A stretch of 64,000 nucleotides of DNA from Tubulanus polymorphus (lineage: Eukaryota; Animalia; Nemertea), in contig NC_134036.1 in assembly GCF_964204645.1 (NCBI RefSeq), positions 8,618,030-8,682,029 on the forward strand, given 5' to 3'. The notes below the pieces were generated by a model, which saw nothing but the letters and a program-made list of their open reading frames with translations, did no database searches and was not told the origin of the DNA. The translations under genes and the position numbers were made by a program. Positions 25,701 to 37,700 of the stretch are shown here, in pieces; position 1 is the first letter of the stretch; each line of letters begins with the position of its first letter.

Positions 25701-28700
25701 GACCTTTCAAATAAATGCGACCATCATTTGGGAAACAACCTTTCGGGAAACTCTCTAGATTTTTTGGCTGAACAATAGCATTGTCGTTATGAAACTCCAG
25801 TCCGTCAACGCAAGATATTTCACTACGCCGTTCATGCCATTTGTTCTAAAATGTATCGGGGTAAAATAAGTTGAACAAGGAACGAAATTCTTAATACGGA
25901 CTTTTCTAAATTTACATGGTGGTGCATGTCAACAGTATCGAAATAAAACGTCAGTACGTATACTTCTTACCATGACCATCGAATCCAGTCTGTTCTCGGC
26001 GCCTTTACCAGAGAAACACATAACAAACCCAAACTTAATTGACTTGGCAGTCCATGGGGCACAGCTGTGCATCCGCGTCTCCACAAGGTTGTTTTGAAGC
26101 TGTTCACAGACTGTGGACCTTAATGGCAACTGCTAGATTCTGAGCATTCTTTATGATTTTTCGTAAAGAGTTCAGACTTACTCATTATCGTATAGAATTA
26201 GAATACGCACGCTTTAATTACGGCGATGCGCAGTTTGCCAGAATCATTTGTAGTTTCTTGGGAAACTTTAACTAGGCCACAAGCGAGGCACGCTTTTCAT
26301 ATACATGTACGTGACTAGATCAATACGGTCACACATTTAAAACATCGAGTCTTTAACGCGCGCGTGTGTGAAGCATGAATATACGTAACGAAGCATGTGT
26401 TTTTTCCGAAAAGAGTTGTACATGTAGTTCCAACATTAAATAAATGAGTAAATCAACAAATAAGCTATGTTTTCCGACGAAATTCAAAAGGGTAAGAGAT
26501 TGTATTACTGCATTGAATATTTTGAAAGTTCCGTAGAGAAACTATACATCTTTCGCAACTTACATTGGAAACAAGTGTCATATATGATAGCAAACGTGAA
26601 CTTCGCTAATGCGAAAGTCCATAAAAATCAAATATAATCAAATATAAAAGCCAATATTACTAGATATTAGGCCGGGCTTTCGAAAGGGTGCGTACGTAGG
26701 TCAAAATGTCACTGCGACGGAACTGTCGCTAGCAGTTGCAGAGGATCACATCACCACAATTCATCGGCAGTCGCCCCTTACGTAGGTTTATCGAAAACTA
26801 AAATATAACTTGTAACGCACTGATAACGGGTTTTCTGCGTATTATCATCATTTTGATAATTTGAATGACCTCGATTAATGACAATGGAAAAGTCACATGG
26901 AAATAATGGCCGGAATAAAGTTACGATGTTAGTGTGTGTTTATCGTGGATCTATCTAAGAACTGATGCGATCACACGGAGACGATTTTGTCCGCGCCTTA
27001 TTACAGAGCGCGCTCACACGCAAACCAGTCACTCGAAACTAAACAATGCTAAAGCAAAGCTAAATCTGACTACGTCCTGGTTCGACGTGTTGATCAGGCC
27101 AAACATGCACCGGACCATCTGGCATCCGTGTGAATACAGTTGTTCGGGGCCAGAATTTTCCCCTGGCCGACTACGACGAGGCTTATGATTGGCGCCAGAC
27201 CTACCACCGGGACCAAGTGTGATTCTCGTGACGTGAAATCAAACGAAATCAATGAAAATTGCACGTATATACAATACCTTTGACTCATCGATTACAAATC
27301 CAGTACCATACAAATCTATTTTGAATTTGTTTTCGCTATCAGAGGTGATACTCTTAAATTGGACAATACCGAGTGGCGGTGGTCGTTTACCCTCCGTTCT
27401 TGCGAAGTTCATATCCATCAAATCTATACTGTCATCCTAGAGGAAATCATGAAGCGTGTACATATATTAGGACGAAGAAGTGAATAGCGGGCACTGACCG
27501 GTGATCGAACCTGGGCCTCGTACATAAAAAATAAGCGTGCTAATCAGTAGACCGATAGCGCATAGAGACCACTCTAGGTCAGTGATTTTACAGCTTGATG
27601 TCGTATTTTGCGTAACGGAATGTACTTTATAAAGGCGACAATTGAAATACAATATATTACGTATAAGGTATTAATCTGTCATCAAAAACACGATAGGCTC
27701 TGCTGTTTTAGCTGGGGACTACTATACAACGAGACGAGTAGTACTTTTAATGTTTAAGGTTTCGCTACAAATGTATAGAAACTTCAGCAGGTGAATGGGT
27801 AGAGTAGAGTCGATGGTAAAACAACAGTATTTATAGGCAAACTGACACTGATTACAGAGAACTGAGTGAGAAGGAAGATTACAAATATATTGATGAGTGA
27901 CGTGATAATTAATTACTAAGTGAGTGAGTAGATATATAATTGATTACAGAAAATAAACTAGAATAAATCAAAGAGAAATGAATCTAAGTAAAACTAAATC
28001 AAAGTAAAATAAGCAGAGAGTAACTAAGAGCAACGAATGACAAAAATGGAAGTCCGAGGGATAAATCCAGATTTCATAACAAACGGAATCACCGCGTTGA
28101 ATTACAGTTTTTGTTCCATGATTTCGCACGAATGTTCATTTTATGGTTGATTATTTTCGATATTCCCATCGATGTGTTGGCCACTTTAGAAAGGCAAATA
28201 CTGGTCTCTTTCGTGCGTGACATTTATTGATCTCCCGATCATATCTACTGGTAGCTCATTAAATGAAAGAGGTGTAAGGGACACTTTGGAGCTACTGTCT
28301 GTCACACCTGCTCTCCGTGCGACGGTTTGGTCCGTAATTTCGTTAATAATCAATTGATTTGTGAATACTATCTATCAATTTGTTCAGTTTGATATGTGCA
28401 TTCAGAAATAAATTATGAATTGGCATAAATTTGTTCGTGTTTTCATCTATCGGCAATTTTTTACCGAGCATTACGCGAGCGTATGCTGAGTTCACTATCG
28501 CTGATACATGAAAACAAAAACAACTTTAGTAAAAATCTTTTATTTCTGAATGCAAATTCCTTACTGAACAAATAGTTGCGTAACATAGGTATGTAAACCG
28601 ATTATTAACGAAAGTACGGACCAAACGTCGCACGGAGAGCATGAGTGACAAACTGTAATAAAGCCCCATCGTTTACCATTCTGAGAGATTTTAGTGGTCA

Positions 28701-31700
28701 GTTGAAAAAGCTTTCTTGTTTTCGCTGATTAAGCGTACATTTTTGGGTGGCCCAATTATTTCTCATTTTCATCAACTAACTATCATGCTAATTGAATTCA
28801 CATTCCAGTAAAGCTGTAATATTTCAGTTGATTCAGAGGTCGCGAATTTTGTGGAATGCACTCTGTATATCTGCATTTAGTCTTTCGATTTCAAAATTAT
28901 TTCACTCCCGGCAGGTGTGGTGGGTGGGTGGACATAAAAATGAAAACAAATCAAATCGGAGATAACTTTACCTTGATGTTGTATCGAACTTTAGAGTATA
29001 AACTGGTCCCAGCGAATCCATTATCTCGAACTGCAGTACGAATCAACAAGCTATAATTATTCTCATCTCCGCTTTCTAGAGTTAAATACTCGACTGGTAC
29101 CGCTCCCAGTTCGGCCATGAATTTACAGTAAACCTTCATGAATTTGCCGGAGCTCCTCAGAATGTAGTAATCGCCGTCGGTGCTGCTGCCCGTTCTTTTC
29201 AAATTCAGACACGAAGTCGGCGCTGGATTGCTGCTACTCGTCATTTCGTCCGACGGATAATCGACTATTATTTGTATAGGAATGTACCTGTTACAAACAA
29301 TGATAAGCAATGAACTCTCGTATGGCATAATTGGAAATGGAAACAGGGCAGGGACGGACACAGAGAGACGGAGATAATCAGGGACAGAGACAGAAACATA
29401 GACAGAGACAGAGACACAGAGACAGAGACAGTGAAGACAGAGAATACAGAGACAGAGAATAACGGGGACGGGGACGGGGACGGAGACCGAGACAGAGACA
29501 GATACACAGAGACAGAGACAGGGACACAGAGACAGAGAATACAGAGACGGAGAATAACGGGGACGGGGACGGAGACCGAGACAGAGACAGATACACAGAG
29601 ACAGAGACAGGGACAGGGATTTGGACATAAATATGGGCATGGACATGGATAGAGACAGAGACAGGGACAGGGACATGGACATGAACAGGGACAGGAACAG
29701 GGACAGAGATATGGGCAGAGACAGGGACAGAGACATAGACAGAGACAGGGACATGGACAGGGACAGAGGCAGGGACAGTGACAGGGACAGAGACAGGGAC
29801 AGGGTGAAGACGTAAGTTGTGTACCTGCTGACTGGTAAAATACCAGATGATATCGATCCGCCTACGTATGCACGAATAGTTTCACCACTCAATAACCTCC
29901 AATCAGACTTTGTTACAGTTTGGAATTTCGGAAAAAAACTAGTCGCTTCCGCGTTAGGATTACCGCCATCAGGAACACGCCAAAACTATTTGAAAAATTT
30001 CATATCGTTAGACATTCGTTAATATATTGAGGCTCAAACTTACATATTTATTATCACAATATACAGGATAATGGATTGACTTCTCATTCGGAGATTGTTG
30101 GCACAGTTTCAAAGAATTGGAAGAACCGACCCATTGCGTTAACAACCCGTTCAAACTAATTATGTACTATTTTCAGCACATCTCCCAGGAGTTTTGAAGG
30201 AGTTTTGTTTAAAGAGGCGAGTTTCTAACGCTCTTAATCAGCAATATTTGGCTCGGCTTTGGCAACAATTTATATTAACAATTTATATATACTAATTTAT
30301 GTATGGTATGGTATGGTATGGTATGGTGTGTGGTGTGGTGTGGTGTTGCGTGGCGTGGCATGGCATGGCGTGGCGTGGCGTGGCGTGGCGTGGCGTGGCG
30401 TGGCGTGTTGTGGTGTGGTATACGGTATGGTATATGGCATGGCATGGTACTAATGGTGCTAATCCCCGTTCCACTCACACTCGCATACACACACCAATCA
30501 CATCGCTAGTTTACCAGGCAAAAGAGATTAGATTAGATCTGAAACGATCGGCGTTTAACGTTTCTATTGCTATGTACACTTACTACGTCTTTGAATTCAA
30601 ATCCCGTGCCGATCAAGTCCACGTTTAAAGAGCCAGCCAGAATATACTTTCCTCTGCAACCCCAGCCTAAGCCGTAGTCGTAGTCCTTTTTCGTATAAGG
30701 TATCGTGCCTGCTGTAATTTCTCTGTACGTACCGTCCCCGGCGTCGATTACCAAGTTGCCCTATACATATAGACAAACAAACAAGAAGCATCTTTCATTC
30801 CGCTCGTTATTTCGTTTAATTCGTATTTATTTGTTAAAATAATGGGGAGGTACAACGCAAAGTTTTCCCGCCAGATGGCGTGACGTTTACTCAGCCTTTC
30901 GTTGTCAAAATCAGTTCATTTTCGATGAACTTCAAACTGAATTTTAGGCTCCCGAATCCACGCATTACCATTCAAGCCAACAAATATACTTTAAATTCAT
31001 TTTTCTACTTAGATAGGTGTAGTTTCCATAACATTTGATGTATTTAAGAGAAAAGTTCATTCGGTTTTCATTGAAATGTAGAAGAAATTGGAGTAACTAC
31101 TAGCGAACCTGGTGGATCCTTGCTTGCCACAGCAGCGTTGTAGGTACCCATCATACCCGGGTGATACGCTGATATGACGGATAATGATATAGATGTTACT
31201 AATTCAGTGTAGAGGACAATGAACGGTCCCACGATTGATGAAACAAGAGTTAGATAAGTTTTTCTAGCTATATTCAGATATACGGTACCGTAGTAAACCC
31301 AGACGATAAACTTAAAATACCATCGACTGCCTTTGGTGGCAGATTCTGGCCAAGTATAAAACACACAAGAAACCAAGTTCAGTGCAGTGCGCCGATATAT
31401 CGCCTGCTTCCTGCGTCCGTTTAAAAAAGCAAAACAAAGAGAACATTTTGGCACGCTTCTGCGTGGTAATATTCGTGTTTGTGCAGCGCAAAAATCGACG
31501 CAGAAATGAAGGATATACTTTGTTTTGCGCTGAATATGGTTTTCTAGATGTTTGGCCCGAATCGGCTATACCACAACTGCGAGATCGTCATTATAAGATT
31601 AGAATATACGTATCAGTCGAACCCGACATGGTTGTAATATGATCCCGAAAGGAACAAGGTCTTTGTGCTGCCCGGCCTTCCAAACTAGCGTAACCGCACG

Positions 31701-34700
31701 CATCAATACGCCCCAATATGAAAACTCGATCAGAATGCAGTTCATCTTCGATCTACTGCGCTCAACATAAAGCAGCTTTATTCAACAAACCGTTTCTTAC
31801 AAGCGCTCCAATTATTTGGCAAAACACCTCCTCCTCTATTAGAAATGCAAACAACATAGGTAGTTTTGTTATATTGATTAAAAAACAGTTCATATATTAA
31901 CGATCATATGAATAATTTCTGAAAAACTTGGAAGGAATTAATATTTCAATTAATTGATAATGCTCATTTCACGTTCATCATCATTTCACCTCATTTCACC
32001 ACATTCCATTTGTAATTCCCTATTTTCATATCATGGGTTCATCGCCCCTTTTGAGCACAGCCTTTATATTAAGGACGCATCCCGGCACTGTAACTTTTGA
32101 AATTTATTACTAAAAATATATAATATATGTTAATTAATTCTGTAAGTATATACTTGTTATTGCAGCGCAAAATAAACATATATTCAATTCAATATTCAAC
32201 GACTAAGAAGTTGATCCAAACCGTCGATGCAAGATTTTTCATTTCGCATCATTTGAGAAACTACAGATATAAATATTTCGGTTTGATCGGATATTACGCT
32301 TAAAGGCAAGCTGTATAACACTGGCGGCCAAATGGACAAGTTCCATTGGTCGTCTGGTTGCTTTCTATGTTCAAGACACTTGGTTCGATCCCCGGTGAGT
32401 GCGCGTAATTTCGTGGTCACTTCTATTCTCACTACGTGGCGCTGCGGACAGACGGTAAGAAATCAGTTTGGCTTTGGTTTTCCTCGCTGTCGGGCGTGCT
32501 TGTGCGGTTGTGTTGGTTCACAACTTGGCCTTGAGCTGTGACCATGTACTTTTGTTGATCTGTGTGTCCTCTTTTGTGCAGTTTGGAGTCAGTCGTCCGG
32601 GGTATTCCACTGTGTGTGGAATAGGGGGTAGTCCACTGTGTGTGGTCGGATCCAATGTGTTTGGATAGATTTTTGAAGCCCACTGTGCGCGGGCGTCCAA
32701 TGTGTTTGGACCAAATTTCTAGCGATCCAATGTGTTTGGATAGATTTTTGAAGCCCACTTTGTGCGGGCGTCCAATGTGTTTGGACCAATTTCTGAGCGA
32801 TCCAATGTGTTTTGATAGATTTTGAAAGCCCACCGCGCGCGGGCGTCCAATGTGTTTGGACCAAATTTTTAGCGATCCAATGTGTTTGGATAGATTTTTG
32901 AAGCCCACTTTGTGCGGGCGTCTAATGTGTTTGGACCAATTTCTGAGCGATCCAATGTGTTTTGATAGATTTTGAAAGCCCACTGTGCCCCGGCGTCCAA
33001 TGTGTTTGGACCAAATTTTTAGCGATGCAATGTGTTTGGAGGGAATTTGAAGCCCACTGTGTGCGGGCGTCCAATGTGTTTGGACAAACTTGCTGTAGCC
33101 ACTGGGTGTGGATATGAAGCTGTGTGCGTCACAGTACTGTGCGTCTCTTTGCCTGCTGGATGCGGGATGGAGGTCTGCCCCGGAGTGTGAGAGAAAAGAA
33201 TGCAAGAATCGATACGTTTACGAATAAAGAGTGATAATTAATGAATGAATTTTTAGGGCAGGGAAAACTCGAGCGGTCAGGGTTGTTGGATTTATGTGAG
33301 ATTTATCGGTCAGGGAGTTCGCCTCTTATATCGGTTTTCTGATTTAGTTTGCTCCGTTTGACGTGTGACAAATACCTTACATTTTGCAGTTTTACGCGAG
33401 CACTCAGATCTTAGCATTTTCATATTTATTGTTTACGCAGCTTCGTGTTGCGTTTGCCCTTGTATTCCACGGGTTTTGCTTGTTGGTCAATTTGTCTTTT
33501 ACCGTTTTCCGAGGTGGAAATGAAATTGCAAAAGATTTGGCGTCTGAAACCTGTCGATTGTTTACGCTGGTAATAAAGTTAGGTCGTCGATCAGTTTCAA
33601 TGTGTTGTTCATATTGCGTCCTGTTTTCAATTCTCTAGCCGTTGTTAGGCTTCGGTCATGTTGGCTGGGGGGTTGGTTTAGTATACTCCTTTTAGTTGCC
33701 TTGGGATACGGTACGATCTGCTTTGAAGGTGTGGATGCTATTCTCGACGATTGTGGTTACTGTTGGGTAACTATTGAGGGGTTGCTTTTCCTTCCCTATG
33801 GTTATGTTACCGCGGTTGATGATGCTTACAAACCATTGTACGTGTACATTTGAGCGACTAGGGAGGTTCAGTCCCGTAAGGCTTTGTTCGGTGCGTCGCT
33901 TGGGTTGTACCGGTTTTTCCCCATATCTGTATATTTCGGTGGTATGTCCGCACAACAGGGAGTGAGAATATTATACTATAATCGATGAATCGTCACTTGC
34001 CACAAGCGGAATCTTCGATCGCAAGTTGCACATCGAATCGAGACTGCTCTTAAGTTGTTCGAAATAAAACTAACTTATTTCAAAGTCTAATGTTTGCTGA
34101 TCGAGCCTCGTTGTAAATGTATCGCCGGCGAGACTATGACTGGTTCACGCGAGTTTTCTGCAGTGCGCACTATACGGAGTGTCGTAAAAAAGAATTACAT
34201 TTGAGATTACATTACAAGATTACATTTGTCTACTGAATGGTTGCTTTCATTAGTATCATTAGTATCTTCTATATAGTGTTCTATTTGATCGTACGCATAG
34301 ATATTTCAATGTCTGTTTTAAATTCACCGTTGATCTCAACGATGAAGTTTGGTTGAATGAGTGAATACAAATATAAGCGCATTGTATGGTTATGAAGGAT
34401 CCATGCAGCTTACCTCGCTGTCCGGTAGGAAAACACGAAGTTTGCGCCATTCGGCTTCGTAATTGTTCGGCGCATCGCAGCCGACTTTAACGAAATTTTG
34501 CTCCGGCTGGACGTTCAAATATTCTTTCGGGCTTTCCGTGTTCATATCTTTGCAGTAAACGTGGGTGCTTTTTTCGCGGCCGTCGTGTTGAAACTTCACC
34601 AAGTAGGTGCCGTCGTAGTTTACAGAATTCTCTCTTTTATATCTCAAACACGGCGACTTGATAGGATTGCAGTGCACAGCTGGATGTAATACAAGTTATT

Positions 34701-37700
34701 ATATATTATGACGACATACGCTGCCCCCGTTCCTTTTAGATTAAATCGTAGATATACAGAGGTTGTCTCTGAAAATGTGTCACCCAAGCCTTAAGGTTAG
34801 TTTTTCATTAACTATGATTTTAGTTATCATTTTTGGGGGTAAGGTTGGTAGAATGATGTGTCAAATTAATTAAACATTGAGCTTAACTGCAATGGTAAAA
34901 TGGTGATGATATTGAACAAGTCCCAGAGAAGCTTAATTAGTAATGAGGCCCAACAATTTTATCAAGTAGAAATCGGCTTCAGTTGATTTAATTATCTGGT
35001 TTCGAATTATGTGAAGTGGCAACAGAACAATTATCAATAAACGTATATAATGTTATAATCATTATTTGTTGTATTTTGTTCTACTCCATTTTAAGGACCA
35101 TACAAAAACATGGTATGTGCAGCCATGCATGACTTATTTATTGCAGTTAAACATTCCATCCTAGAGTCAACCAACATCCAGGTCTACCAACTTAACCACC
35201 CAAAAATATATCTCAATTATAGTTAATGAATGATTTATCATTAAGCTACGGAAATACAATTTTTGAGACACCCTGTAGAATAAAAGCGTTTTATTCCATT
35301 TTAGCTCTTAACGTTTCGGCCTTCAAGCCTTAATCGTTTATGGTGGGATTCGGGCCGCAATGATAAACAAGAATACATAATACGTAACTGATCATAATCA
35401 TATGTTATTGAATATTCATACTTTATATTTGTATATTTGAAAAATACGTGGAATTCATTATACCAGAGAAAAAAAAACTAAAGCGTTCCATTACCTACAC
35501 ATTCCGAACAATATTCCCAACGTGTCTCCGGATCAGTGGTATAACACCAGGCTCCGAGCCCCTCCCGGTAAGGATTCCTGCAATAGTTCGACGCGGTTTC
35601 CTTGTCTACCAGACTATCGTAAACACGATGTTTGTGGGGTGATTGTGAATTCCAAGCCTGACACGTTTTCCCGGACCACGTTTGACTCGCAGTTCCCTTG
35701 TAGTCGCCAGCCATTTCGCCGAGGCTACATTCTAAATAAAAAGAAGTATCGAATCGAAACTACTGACCATAACATTGTTCCTGCGTACGACGTTCCTTGT
35801 CGCTATTTAGGTAACGATCAGAGACAAGTTTTATGTAGATTTGCTCTAAGATAATCACAGGAAACATTGTTAAACCAAGACGTTACTAAAAGCCTAGGGC
35901 CCTGATTTAACGACTGGTACCGTATTAATTTTCCGAACACAATTGAAAGTGAATCGCGTTAGCCCCCGGGTTAAAGTTAATAAATACCAGTTAGTTAGCA
36001 CCAACTAGCCGTAGGGTTACATTGATTATCGAACTATAAAACCGAACTTACCCGCCTGCTAGCTTTTGAAGCTAGGGTTATTAGATTCAGCCCCCGGTTT
36101 CAAAGTTGATTAAGAAATCACAGTCTATAATACCGCCCTTAGACGATCATACAATTATAATAAAGAAGTTTCCAGTTTCTAGGCGCCATTTCGTGGCCAT
36201 CCCACGAGGTCCCCATTGTTGCGATAATTTGCGCTCATTTCTAAAACATAAGTTTTGATTTAATGCCATGTAGCTCTGCAGTCCCTTGCTTGATTAACTT
36301 CATTTATAGACCATTCTAAGGAAATGAAATGCGGATATTTACTGGTGATTCTTGGATTTTTTGAATGCAACAATCGAGAGCAGTGACGGTGTAAAACCAA
36401 GGACCGCATATTTTAACCACGCGTCGAAAAATTGCGATTTTCATAGATTTTGAAATATCTAAGTGGTTAATAAAGCTAGATTTTCCATCGTTATTGTGGT
36501 TATGGAGCGTAATTTACAATTTCTGCGTTGAAATTTCTTAGATGTAAAATGGCGCCTAGAAAGTTCACAGAAAGTTCATAAACTCAAAAAAGTGCATCCT
36601 TTAATGCCCAGTGTTCCATATATGACATCAATTTGTTGATTGAAAGCGTACAAGCTACGTTCTGGCCATGGGTCGTATATGACCCTTTGGGTCGTAGTGG
36701 TAAATTTACTTTCATGGAGCGCCACCTGGTGAGTTTTCTACCAACCGACAGGGCTCATATATGGAACATTGGGCTTTTAAGGTAGCATAGGTGCTATAAA
36801 ACACAGCTGTCTCACCCACCATCAACAGTTCTTAAATTCATGACCAGCTACTAAGGAGGGTTCATATTTGACCCGCGGGGCATGTATACTTTAGATACAG
36901 TAGTATTGTATTTATTTATTACTCATCACAGTTGGACAAACTGGTCTAAATCTAAATCACCACGATTTATCAGATGGTAGTCTATTGAAGAAAGCGTAAT
37001 AAGTATCGAAAAAGGATAGGTTATAAATTACACGAAGAAGGTTCAATTCCTGGTCAACTACGATTCGACAGCCCCGAGAAGAAACGTTCTTCTTTCAGGT
37101 TTTTCAATAAAAGGATATCCAAATTTGTTTATATTGATGCAATGAGCTTTTATCTAGTTGATTAGTGTATCTGTTTAAAAAAGACAAATTATCGATCATA
37201 TTTTGAATATTCATCGTTACATTTGATTATATATTGAGTAATAAGTTCGATCAATTCTACCTGGAAACCAAAGCGTTCGATCTGTTACTTATACAACGAT
37301 GTAGGCAATAATCGACCGGTCGAAATTCCAGTGCCAAAAATCCACCAAATTTGATTTCACAACAAAATCTGACAAAATATATCAATATTATTAAGTTGAA
37401 AAAATCTTTTTCGTGAATGCAAAATTATATGGCGTCGGTCATTATATTCATCTCGGATAATCTGTGAATTGATACAAGCTACATACGACATATTTTTTTT
37501 TTACCTGCTAAGCGCCACACAGGGCATTATAGGTGGGTTCGATGTTTCTTTTGCCCAATGGGGGAGAGACCAGAGAAGAACCTTCGACCAAGAAACTCTG
37601 TCGCCACCAGGGTTTGACCCCATAAAGCCTGGATTGACGAGACCAGCGACCGGCGACTTAACCCACTCGGCCACTGCGCCTCTCTCGACATAACGACAAA

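Noticed and set aside
25929-26129. Candidate GON2 C-terminal exon
   Set aside because: No GON-like residues; 25845-25704 fits the phase and motif instead
27480-27570. tRNA gene on the minus strand
   Set aside because: B-box-like GGTTCGATCACC only, no cloverleaf; at most a decayed SINE head
32650-33085. CRISPR-like repeat-spacer array
   Set aside because: The spacers are themselves repeated, so this is a minisatellite
35306-35340. Hammerhead on the gene's sense strand (aaggcttgaaggccgaaacgtt)
   Set aside because: The CUGANGA core is destroyed (acgatta), so it is a non-functional relic at best
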